Part shown: piece after piece, positions 25,245-36,596 of the stretch
How positions within the stretch are numbered: position 1 is the stretch's first letter
Layout of the letters: each line of letters starts with the position of its first letter
Assembly: GCA_002633005.1 (NCBI GenBank)
Contig: NMRA01000246.1
Location: 363,856-427,855 of the forward strand
Direction: 5' to 3'
DNA length: 64,000 nucleotides
Source: Phoronis australis
Taxonomy: Eukaryota; Animalia; Phoronida
The notes under the pieces: generated by a model
The model's input: only the letters and a program-made list of their open reading frames with translations
Database searches by the model: none
What the model was told of the DNA's origin: nothing
Position numbers and translations under genes: made by a program

Positions 25245-25730
25245 CATCTCCACCCAACGATGTTAGGCCAGGCTCGATCATTATCACTCCGAGTTCTGCT
25301 TATTTGACATCTCTTGCAAAAACTACTACAACAATCAGCACAACTCGGATGTCACCTACTGCGAAATCGGGATGTGGCGGGCCAAGAGACTTGTTTGGCA
25401 TTACGGGGACTTTGACCACTAGAAACTACGGATTCATGAACTACCCGCCTAACGCCTTGTGCCAGTGGTCTATAACGGCGCCGACTGGGAAGATTCTCAG
25501 CTTGAAGTTCAGCAACTTCGACGTTGAGGAGAGCCACGACTGTATTTTTGATCACGTCTCTGTTTACGACGGCAAGGACGACAAAGCTACGTTGTTGGAC
25601 AGGGTCTGTGGTAAATACCCTCCACATGAAATCACGTCCCGTGGTAAATCTCTATACATACGATTTGTCTCGGATAACGTAGTGCACAGAAAAGGATTCA
25701 AACTCACATTCACTGCCATTGATCCACCAG
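25245..25730 (+). CDS. Exon: Ser/Thr-rich linker plus complete CUB domain
   Basis: CGG...[17 protein letters not shown]...[22 protein letters not shown]...CG...FVSD...GFKLTF. Confidence 0.93.
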
Positions 25731-28700
25731 GTAAGACGTTCGTGGTGTAAGTAAATAGCAAGTTTCTGCAACTGGAACAAAGCTTTCGGTTAGCTTGGTT
25801 CACGTGACAAGCACAAACAAAAGATGAATGTGTTCTAGCTACATGTACGTACCGACGAAATGATTCAGCCCCACTTGGGCAAAGATGCACGACATTTTAT
25901 AGGCATGTGTATAAGAGGGTTCTCATAGTGTTCAAATATCCCGTTTTTATGCAATGGGTATAGAATACCTGCGCAATTCTGGTGTCGGACAGCTTACAGT
26001 CCTTTTTGCCTCCCGGTAATGTGTTGTTTTATGTATGTTTGTTTTGAATGATTAGTTGTTTGAATTGTTCGCCTTATTTTTGTGTTGTGTAGTTAAAATT
26101 CAAACGTTTAAGCTCATACATGTATACGTACTGTGAACACGACACTGATTATTGCAAAAACATTTATTATCCGTTTCTACAACTGCATTCATTACCTTCT
26201 TCGATTACGTAAGCCAAATGAGTAACAAGAGCTCTTCAATATAACACTTCTCTTAAACTGACGTGCAGGTTATTACGTGTTTATTTTACCAGTCCCTTGC
26301 CGTCTGAAAGAATTCTCCTGTGGCAATGGCCACTGCATTCTTGCAAGTAAACGTTGTGATGGTTCCGACGACTGTGGAGATAGGACTGACGAAATTTGTC
26401 GTAAGTTGGGAGCGTACTGCGATCCATCGGCTAGAGAGGTTCGGGATTGTCTGTCCAGGCGCCACTACCTTACATTTCTTCAATCAAGTACCACTGACTA
26501 CATGCTATGAACGTAAACCATACATTCCCGAGATAGACAATAGTTCTCTGTACTGTTTTGAAACAACCTGTATGCATCCAATAAGATTAATTTTTGGTAA
26601 TTTGGTGGTATCCCAAACGGAACTCAAATCTCGCTAATTATACTGAGAGTTACCTAACCACCTTTATTTAAATATCTGAGAAAGCTGCACATACCTCGAA
26701 TTTTCCTGCTTTCTGTTGTATAAGCTAACAAGTATCTAAAGGCAACCTAAATTCTAGATGTGTTGACACGATTTTGCTGCAGCAAAATGAATAGAATCCT
26801 ATGAGGAATTGTGAATTTTAGAAAGCAGGATATGCGGTATCCCGAACTACACGCCGAAGTCTGGAAACGATCGCATTGTTGGCGGACAGGAAGCGGTCCC
26901 ACATAGTTGGCCTTGGATAATCTCGCTGAAGTATGTCGGCGTTCACAAATGTGGAGCGTCGCTGATAGATCCTCAGTGGGTGCTGACTGCCTCACATTGT
27001 TTCGGGGAAACGTGAGTATAGATCTCCGTGATCGTATTAAATTTTCCACTCTTGTGCCTTGCTGTGGGAAAATCTCTACATCCATGTAATTTTAATAATA
27101 CTTTCGATACCAAGTACTTCTGTAAAATTCAATAATCTGTATATGTGTGTTAGGCTTTTACTCATTTGTGTCAAAGCTCTTGTTACCGATTTGATTGACC
27201 ATTTTTATTCTTCTTTGAACTAACCATCTTGTTGACTTGATTGTAATATGTTCTTTCTTATCACGACACTATGGGGAAACCAGTTCGACTGTCTGAAAAT
27301 TTTTATCCTGAACAAACATATCTTCTACTAAAACTTTTAAACGCTAATTATTCCCTTGGAAGAGAATATTTTAAAAAGTCTAGATTAGTTTTTAAAAATT
27401 ATTCAAAGCATCATGTTCGTCCACTGTATTACATTAATAGGAATCATTTATGATTACACCAATTACCTTGTTGAAATAGGATAATGCCTTTTGACCGACG
27501 TCATTAGTTTCGCAAGTTTAGAACGAATTTAATAGCGTTTTACATAATCTTTTAAGTCGACACACCTTGCAAATGCTTTGGATGAATTAAGCGACGACCG
27601 CAGGAAAAGACCGGCAATTTCAATAATCCAACACTTTGACAGAGACGGCTTTATTACTTCACTGAGTGAGGCATAGCACGGAGATCACCAAGTGAACTGA
27701 GAGAATAAAGGCACTTAGGCATAGTGACGAAAACAATCCTTATGCCCTATAAGATGTTCGATTATGAAGTTAAAAAGTGCCAATATTAGCTGCATTTAAC
27801 CCTGCATAATTAATTGGTTGAAAACAAAACTTGAACTGTGGTTTTAACTCTCATCAAACAGGTTTCGTAACATTCCTTACCAGATAGGACTCTGTCTCTT
27901 GTACCAGCTTGGAAATGAGGTTTATACCCCATTTCGAATTCTTAATTAGGAAAATCTGAAACGCCGTTTCTTGGGTTGCTGATGCTTTAATTTTCCTGTT
28001 GGTAAAGGAAATAGCATCCTGTCAAGATAGAACATGACGTCGAGCGTAAGAAGATAAATGAGATAAATGCCCAATTCTATTTCCGTTTTTAACTAGCTAC
28101 AAAGAGAAACTGAGCTTGATATCGTTGGGACAGTCGTAAAACATAACTTCCTATTTCATTCTACACCAGCAACTTGACATCTCGGTACTGGTCCGTGGCT
28201 GCCGGTAAAACTACTGACAGAGATAGAGGTGTAGTCATGGGCGCTGAACAGTTAGTACTTCATGAAAACTACAACCACCGCACAAGCAAGAATGACATTG
28301 CTCTGGTTAAACTGAAGAAGCCCTACACAATGAGCGATAAGATAAAGATAGCCTGCCTCCCGTCGAAAACGCTGAACCCTGGTCACGTGTGTTACGGGGC
28401 TGGCTGGGGAAAAACTCTTGGTAAATAAAGAAACGTTTATGTGAACTCATTTCAAAGAAGCTTGACAACTTACTAGGTTTTAGTATGAGTGTGTAGTTTC
28501 GCGAAGCCCGTCTCTTCAGGAATTAACGTTGCTGCCGTTTTGGTGTCATTTTTGTTTAAATTGATTTTCTGGTTATCTCGGATAAATTTTCATGTTAATT
28601 AATTTCTACCAGATTCTAATGTGGTATGCACGTGTTACTCCGTAAGTAGTGTTTTCGGCCCGAATCATTCTCCGCCAATATTGTTCAATGCACTTGACTA

Positions 28701-30956
28701 TGCTTCATAGCTGATGCATCAATGAATACGGCCGCTTGTAACAAGTTAAATCGTTATTTGTATTTCTCAGTCTTATTTAGTATTCCTAAAAGTTATTGCG
28801 CAGCATCATGAGCTCTGAGTACGCGCTCGTTTTCATCGATTCCTGTAGGCTAGATGGTAGGGTTTTTCGTAATTGGATCGCTGACGCAAGCATATGATGT
28901 GTGGTGCAAAGATTTCTTACCGTCGGATTACAAAATAAGAACATGGACCTGCTACAAATGCTCTGAAGAAAGATGCCATGCCGTTGGTAAATCTCTTCTC
29001 TGCTTTCCGTCGCCAGTTCTGGGAAAGCTCTCGTGATGGTGCCAGGTGTGTGTCGAGGGAGTCAAGCTGTTGTATGTAAGCGCTTTGGGTGATTAGGTCA
29101 CCCTTCACTGGCAACAGCATAGGCATTCCATTGAGCTTCGCGTAACAGTTCACACTTTGCACTAAGACGTCCCACCACGTCTGTCTTTGCCTCATCCCTA
29201 TCTACTGTTGTCCGTATTCTGCCTCACTATACTCGGGCTCAAACATACATGTATATGCACCCACTGCTACTACGAAATAAAAGAGATCCTAAATCCAACG
29301 TAATTGAGTTCTCTAACAACCTAGCGTGTCGCGGAATACTCGTCGACGGGACGTGGTGACGACAATGTTAAGAGCCCAGCAAAAAGCAACAGTAGAACAG
29401 ATCCTCACAATAACTCGAACGCACTAGAGACGAAATGGCGGGAAAATCTTAATCCCGTAAACGCTTTCTTGCATTGGTGAACGATATTTTCAGTTGGCGT
29501 AGAATGACCATTTGTCAACATATTTCAGGAACATGTTGCAGAGGAAAGTTGAAGCAAGCTGCTTTACCAATAATCTCTTCATCCACGTGTAACTCCAAGT
29601 CATGGTACAATGGACAAGTGCTAGACTCCATGTTCTGTGCTGGATACGCAGCTGGTGGCCACGATGCCTGTCAGGTTAGAAGTTCTAACTCGTAATAGTT
29701 ACCAAGGAGCCTTGACGTGAAAAAAAATGATTACAAAATTCGACAGTCGCACACGCCTTTAACACAGGCTATTTGAAAAACGAAGCATACATTATGCTTT
29801 ATCCAAATATGCATTCATTCAGTCAGCTGCCCAATTTCGTCTTGGACAATTTACCAAAGCAGCTTCCCGGTGGGTATTTCCAAAAACGTCACATTGTGAC
29901 CTGTCATTTTATTGTTGCCTAATGCAGTTACGAACGTACGCATACAAATTTATGCATCCAATTGAAACAGTTGGCGTGTTTATAGTTTGAGCTCTTCATT
30001 TGTGCTTTGGTCAAGGTCTTTGTATTTTTTCTTCGGTAAAGCCGGGGTCGGTGAAAAACGAATATTTCTCCCTCGATAAAAGGCCTGCTATTCATTTAGT
30101 CCGTAATGTGTATGGATGTCTAGAACGACTTGCAGTAGTATTAGTTTTGTTATTCTCCTCAGCACGGCCGTTCTGTATGTGTTGGTGTTTTCAGGGTGAT
30201 TCCGGTGGTCCTCTCGTCTGCAAAGTAAACGGCAGATGGGAACAGCATGGCGTGACATCGTGGGGAATAGGATGTGCCGGTAGGTTGCTCTGTTTAACGA
30301 CTGTAACTTGTAACGTTCAGAATATGATGAATAATCTTTTCTAAATCTACGGTTTCTAATCTACTGTTGCTTCATCAGTCTTTTCCAAGCATAGTGGTTT
30401 TCAAAAATCCTAAAAGTTTGTCCGAAGTTAAGGCTTTGCAAGGCTCTTTTAAATTGCCCAAATTTGGTTAATTGCGGAACAGATCTCAGTAATGCGTTAC
30501 TCGGACTCCTAAACTTTCTGGTACTATGCTTTTTGATATGTTCCCCATAACACTCATAGGAATTGTTTTTAAACTGCTTCACTTTTGCAGGAGAGGCTAT
30601 CAAAATAGGACTGCTATGATTTGCACAAAGCGAAGTAATTTAGAAAACTGCATCCGCATTACATGAGATTTCATCTTAATTATTTACCGGTATGTCAAAT
30701 AAAATTCGATCGGGTGGTTGATGCCCAAGTCAAGTCACGCAACTACCAAGAGTGGATGAAAACAAAACGGCAATTTATGTTGTGACCTGCTATAACGAGG
30801 ATGTGATTTTACTCTATTTGGTGTAGAACTTACGTTTTGATCAATTTAAGTAAAAGGTCGTGTATTTTACTTACAGATGCTAAAAAGCCTGGTGTGTACA
30901 CTCGCATTCTGGACTATATTCCATGGATTATTAAGAACATGGCAAAGTATTCGTGA
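25245..30956 (+). CDS. CUB-LDLa-trypsin-like serine protease (matriptase/enteropeptidase-like modular S1A peptidase), 7 exons traced
   Basis: join(25245-25730,26293-26400,26822-27011,28170-28420,29529-29674,30195-30279,30877-30956), all GT-AG and in frame. R|IVGG activation site, TASHC (His57), DIAL (Asp102), DACQGDSGGP (Asp189/Ser195), PGVY, stop TGA at 30954-30956. Confidence 0.93.
26293..26400 (+). CDS. Exon: LDLa domain
   Basis: [34 protein letters not shown]. Confidence 0.93.
26822..27011 (+). CDS. Exon: activation site and catalytic His
   Basis: [60 protein letters not shown]; read manually, not in the ORF track. Confidence 0.93.
28170..28420 (+). CDS. Exon: catalytic Asp
   Basis: [18 protein letters not shown]...ACLP...CYGAGWGKT. 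Confidence 0.93.
28850..29115 (+). mobile_element. Degenerate fragment related to the Kolobok-like element, inside a protease intron
   Basis: GGTGCCAGGTGTGTGTCGAGGGAGTC...ATGTAAGCGCTTTGGGTGATTAGGTCACCCTTCACTGG matches 19785-19858. Upstream LKKDAMP resembles the THAP C-terminal motif. Confidence 0.65.
29529..29674 (+). CDS. Exon: protease domain, S1 pocket Asp189
   Basis: [49 protein letters not shown]. Confidence 0.93.
30195..30279 (+). CDS. Exon: catalytic Ser
   Basis: [28 protein letters not shown]. Confidence 0.95.
30877..30956 (+). CDS. Terminal coding exon of the protease
   Basis: ttacag|[26 protein letters not shown]. Confidence 0.93.
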
Positions 30957-31342
30957 CGTATAAGCAACTAACCACAGATACACTGTACTTGAATAAGACT
31001 CAGAGGAGCAAATGACTTCTGAAAGTGATATCGAATTCTGCGTACGTGCTCAGTAAGAATTTTGATGGAACTGGATCAGAATCTTCCTATGGACATTTGG
31101 CAATAGACTTGTTGCAATTTTCTTACTTGGATTTTATCTTCACGGTTTCACGTTTGCCCACATGCTTGGCTGCCGACATATTTCGCGCTCGCCTTCGCAA
31201 CGCTGTAGATTACGGTTTACTATAGACACAGGTTAAACAATTCATGTACTCTCGGCTTGCAACAAGTTTTGCTATAGTTTTTAGCATACCCAGAGTAGCG
31301 TGGCTCTGTAAAGGTGTTCGCGACATTTTGTACTATATGAAT

Positions 31343-33502
31343 CATGCGTGCACCCAGGGGTGCTCGGGCGGGCTCGTTCGTGTCGAAGTGGCAAAAAGGT
31401 CCGCCTCAGAGAAACAAAAAGTCCGAGAAAACGTGACAAAAGTGCTGAAGTGCACAAAGGTAACGATAGTGCCAGTCTTGCATAAGTTATTTAATGCAAT
31501 TTTTGATTCTGGGTATTATCCCCAGACATGGTGTGACGCAGTGCTTACTCCAGTACATAAACAAGTCAATATCAATGACGAAAATAACTATAGAGGTATC
31601 TCCCTGTTGTCTGCTTTGGGAAAACTTTTCACCAAACTTTTAAATAATCGTCTTCATTACTGGGCTGAAAATAATGATAAACTTAATGAGTCTCAAGCTG
31701 GGTTTAGAAAAGGCTACTCTACGATTGACCATGTGTTTACACTTCAAGCTATGTGCCACAAGTATTTGAGTCGGCAGGGTGGGAGATTTTACTGTGCCTT
31801 TGTAGATTTCTCGAAAGCATTCGATTGAATCCCACATAATTTACTATTCCATAGATTGAAAAACATTGATGTGCATGGTAAAATTTTCAACATAATCCGC
31901 TCTATGTATAGTAAGTTACGCACTTGTGTGAAAACTCAAGATGGTCTTACAGAGTTCTTAGATTGTACTGTTGGTACTCGCCAGGGTTGCATGATTAGCC
32001 CATTATTATTTGTGTTATATCTACATGAATTTGTGGATCAAATGAGTGTAAAAAGTAATATTAATAGCTCATATCTCAGCAAACAAGTGCCAAGATTAAC
32101 TCCCTACTGTACGCAGACGATATGGTGTTATGTTCCTCTACCGCCATCAACTTACAACGTATGCTTAATTGGTTGGCAGAATTTTGCAAATCATGGGGCA
32201 TGCAAGAAAACTAAAGTGGTCGTTTTCAGAAATGGCGGTCCCTTAAACGATATGAGAAATGGTTTTACAATGGATCATTGGTTGATGTAGTGCCTCATTA
32301 CAAATACCTTGGACTACTTATTACTCCAAAAGTTTCGTGGACCAAAGCCATTAAAGCCTTATCTAGTCAAGCAAATAAAGCTGCCTCTGCAATTTGTAAA
32401 TTAAAGCGAAGATGTCGTGATCTGCCCCCGTCAATAACCTTTCAACTGTTCGATAAAATGGTTTACCCCTCTCTGTGTTGCAACCCTGAGATATGGGGCT
32501 TTAAGGAATATGAACAATTGGAAAATGTTCATATCAAGTTTTGTAAACGCATTTTAGGAGTAGGCAATTGTTGTTCAAACTCGGCAATTATGGGAGAATG
32601 TGGCCGATTCCCATTGTCTGTTAAGTGAGTTATTTCTTGTATAAAATACTGGTTCAAAATACTGGAGATGCCTAATAATCGTGGGGTAAAAGCTGCATAT
32701 GATATGCTTTTTCAGTAAGACCTGATCGGAAGATCTTTCTATAATTGGGCAAGTTTTGTAATGAAACTTCTGTGTATGGTTTTTCAGATGTATGGATTAA
32801 TCAGGGTGTGGTAAATCAAGCGTATTTCTTGACTGTTTTTTTTTTCTCAACGTGTCAACGACTGTTATTTGCAAGGTTGGCAATCTGATATCGAATGTAA
32901 CGCAAAACTGCCTTACTACGTGAGGTACAAAACAATGTATCATCTTGAGAATTATCTAGAAATGGTTGGTATCCCACGTGGTTTTATCCAGACTCTGACT
33001 CGATTGGGATGTTCAAATCATTCGTTACTTGTGGAAAGAGGTCGCCACACAAATATTCCCTATGAAGACAGGTTGTGTGAGTTATGTAATTCGGGGTGTG
33101 TAGAGGACGAATACCACGTTGTGTTAGTTTGTAGTGCGTACCAAGACCTTCGGTTTAGTACTTTATTGATCGTTTTTGTCATTCTCTCACGACATCTAAA
33201 TTTGATTCTCTCATGAGAACTCTGGATAGCCTACTTATCAAATTCGTCCATCACGCTCTCAAGCGTCATAATGTATTATCCAGGTTGAAACGTGGCACCT
33301 AACAATGTTCTGTCTTGGGGTACATGATATACTTGTGGCCTATGGTCATGTGTATATGTCTCAGTAAATCGTTAAAAAGACGCAGTTCTGATGGTGGTAC
33401 CCCATTTTTTCCGTTTTTTAGTCCTCCCAATGTTTTGTCAGCAAAAGGTCAAGATCGACAGAAATTCGAGCACCCCCATTTACAAGGCTGGGTGTGCGCA
33501 TG
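31343..33502 (+). mobile_element. MITE (halves 31343-~31443 and ~33360-33502) split by a LINE insertion
   Basis: Termini CATGCGTGCACCCAG...CTGGGTGTGCGCATG with TGAAT on both flanks; the joined halves match the copy at 53269-53529. Confidence 0.7.
31444..33365 (+). mobile_element. 5'-truncated, inactivated non-LTR retrotransposon (LINE) RT region; RTE-X/CR1-group-like, clade not certain
   Basis: NYRGISLL, QAGFRKGYSTIDH, FVDFSKAFD*, GTRQGCMISPLLF, LLYADD (shifted frame), KKTKVVVF, YKYLG, C-terminal RLC..C...VEDEYH...C. Stops and frameshifts throughout. Confidence 0.92.
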
Positions 33503-34278
33503 TGAATGACTGGCTGTCAATTCGCTCCCTCTTGATCAAAGATGCATCCAGTAAAAAGGAGTGCCCTGCAAGTTCAGTGCGGGTTGTGTAGGGCAGGGTG
33601 GTAGGCTTACAAACGTACTTCCCTGACTAGCAAAATGGCCTTCACTAAAACCAATAGGAATGTTCAGCACGATGTCAATTTGACGTCATTATGACGTCAT
33701 GAACCCAGTGTGACGACATGTCTACTTTTATGTCCGGTTCCAAACTGTGTCATCTACTGCCATGACACGTCATCACTAAGCATCTGAATAGGCTGTAACG
33801 CCACAATGTTAAATTACGCGATAACACGCTCGAAATCATCCGAAATACTCACTATTTCTGTTTCGCGAATGAAGCGTTCTCCCTCAAACTGTGCCTATGG
33901 GCCCCCGCGGAACTTTCAGTCTAGTATCTCGCTGAGAAAAACAAAATCTCGCGAGATTGCGCAAGATATCGCGTGTATTTTCAAGGGGAACAGGTGAATT
34001 GGCAAGACTGTTCTCGCCGTGACACAGTTCTTGAACTGCACACCGTCTTCAATTGACATGCTCAGGCGCCATATTGCATGACATACCGTTACGTTATTCG
34101 GGTAGCATGTTTAGTAGTTTATTAGTTGGCAATTAGACATAGAGTGCCTCCACATGAGTCAGGCCTGTATAAATATAGGTTATCCCACAAGTATGTACAT
34201 AGGAATACTACTGCGATGTCCTATCTCGAATTCATTTCAACTGGGAATGATCCCCAACTTGACCTATGTATTTGGGTT

Positions 34279-34330
34279 CACGGGCGGATCCAGGATTTTG
34301 ACTTAGGGGGGAGGGGGGGAGGTGCACAGG
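34279..34330 (+). repeat. End of a dispersed G-rich element family (CA..GGCGGATC...GGGG); other ends at ~4555, ~18413, ~24440 and ~43682
   Basis: Shared CAGTGGCGGATCT/CACGGGCGGATCC/CATAGGCAGATTT start followed by G-runs. Confidence 0.5.
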
Positions 34331-35374
34331 AATAACGAGAATTTCGGCACATGCGCGCCCATTCTAAAATGTGGGGATGCAGGGGCCTTGAATTTTTGGG
34401 TTTGCAGACCTGTTGACAAACAAACGTCAAATAAGGTCTGTTCAGGGCGGGCCTATGCATTGTTTATTCACCCCCCGAGCTCCCTGGTTACGAGCATGTG
34501 TTAATCAGCAATTCGCACCCAAACTCCCAAATGGTATCTGGTAGAATTTTATGGGGGGCATGGCCCCCTTGCCCCCCCNNNNNNNNNNCCCCCCCCCCCC
34601 CAATCTCCCACCTATTTATCCCATATATATAGACTGATTTGCATTATCGTGGCAATACCTTGTTGCCGTGTGCTCCTGCTTGTTGTTATATGACGTCATA
34701 TGTATGCCAAGCACGGTACCTAAGCCGGTTAAGCGACAAGACAATATGTGAAAGTATTGAATAACCAGTAAAGTTTTATTTCATAATTAATTGATCAGAA
34801 TTTTCATTTGGTGAAATATACAAGTTAACTCACAGTAATAGAACCGTTTCCCCGTGTTGATCACAGTATTGGAAAATTACGGTGGAAACTGTGCTGATTT
34901 GCAAAAGTTGAGGTATTTACTGTCTCGCAAAAAGCAGATTTAATGATACGACAGGTGGCAGCGAGGGAGAGTACGTTGAACGCTGCGAGCAGACGATTGG
35001 CTCAGTAAAGAACACATACTGGTTATTAGGTATTAATTTCCTGTAAAGACATTAATTCTCAGTGTAGATACACTGTATGCACCCATAACGAGTTCAAACC
35101 TTTTCGTTGTATTTGAGTTAAATTTTTGGCTGATTTCTTGGCCGGGGACGCTACGTAGCTTGACCTATTTATGATGACCCAAATTGAAACTTACGCTAGG
35201 GCCAAAAATAGCCGCCTGATCTCAGTGGGGGGTAATTTTTATTGGTAATTTTCTCTGTTTTTAGAGCAGTACAACGTCTTTTTCAGGAACGACGCCTTGG
35301 ATTGATGATTTGGGTAACCCAAATGAACGAACTCAATCAAATGTGGCGTTGCACACGCGAATTTACTCGATAAG

Positions 35375-35520
35375 GAGACTACTCACCAACCGTGAAATAT
35401 GGTTCTACCATTGTATACGGCCTCTACCATGGTATACGGTTTGGCTCTACTTTCCCGTATTCCATGGTTGAAAACGTGACGTATAAAGCATCCATATTTT
35501 CACAAATATGGGATAATGAA
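35375..35520. repeat. Dispersed repeat, second copy at ~55527-55635
   Basis: GGAGACT..TCACCAACCGT.AAATA...TTGGCTCTACTTTCCCGTAT...TTCCATGGTTG is shared. Confidence 0.7.
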
Positions 35521-36221
35521 GCTTAGCGGGAATGGCAATATCACTTTTTCCGAAAATGAAAAGCTGCGCATTTTTTAAACTCTACAGTAAGTGAAATATT
35601 GAAACTCAAAGATTTCGCAAAACAGAAAGGTAGGCCTACATTGTAAGGCTGTTCTCAAATGATTCCCCTCAGGCCATATAAATTCCACTAGTAGCAGCGT
35701 TAAGTTATTGTTTGTGAACTGTGTGTTTTGGACTGCACACGATGTACAATTATTGTTCGTGGATCAGTTTCGACGCTTCAAATAATTAATAGTTGAAACT
35801 GTTTTACACTAACGTCAGATCCACCCACCAATAACACAAAATATGGATAGAAACAATACATGTATTTGAATAAGAAGATTAGACGACGTTGAGATTTTCG
35901 CAAGACCACGTTCTTCTCCACCTGATCGGTTTTTAAATTCTCCATGTTTGCTTATGAGTGCTCGGTACTAAACATGTAGGTTTTTTAGATTTGATCTCTG
36001 ACATGGTTGTGACCAAGAGCGTGAACATAGCACTCCGTCAAAAATGGAAATTACACGCTATCTATGATGTGGAAATTTCGATCTAGACCCATTTTGATTC
36101 TTCTCAGTCGCAAAGCCGTCTCATCAGTTGGCGCCAGCTATGCACATTCAAATGCCTGCCAAAGCGATACATGTGCGTATTGATAAGGTGTATCCTGATG
36201 CAGTCGTCAAGTTAGAATTGC

Positions 36222-36596
36222 CTACGTACCGAGGTTGTACTCGCAGTTCACGTGTGACACTGTTATATTGGCATCAAAAGAATTGTCTTCCATAACATGC
36301 TCCACAGATGCAGTGGTTACACCTAACATGCCGCCATTTTCAGGTACGGCAAGATTCGAATTTCTGCTTCGAATAAGACTTGATCGTCGTCGACCTTGAT
36401 GATGGCTTAATGGCTTTAGAGCTTTCTTGGAATTTTTAACTCTAAGATTACTTGTAACAAGGAAAGACGGCACATTGCCAACTCGAGAAAGTTGACGGTC
36501 AATTCGCGCTCTGACCTCTGGATATCCATTTAGACGGGTCTGACGGTACGAATAATCATCGCTTTGCAACCAAAAGGTCTTAACTTCGCCTTTGCC
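36222..36596 (-). CDS. rGC terminal exon: end of cyclase domain plus ~115-aa tail
   Basis: ttttttag|[17 protein letters not shown]...NLGT*. Confidence 0.9.
   Translation of the reverse strand, partial: GKGEVKTFWLQSDDYSYRQTRLNGYPEVRARIDRQLSRVGNVPSFLVTSNLRVKNSKKALKPLSHHQGRRRSSLIRSRNSNLAVPENGGMLGVTTASVEHVMEDNSFDANITVSHVNCEYNLGT

Noticed and set aside
31244-31828. 194-aa ORF as a novel gene
   Set aside because: Chance fusion of unique DNA, MITE and a LINE RT fragment; the RT stops at FD*.
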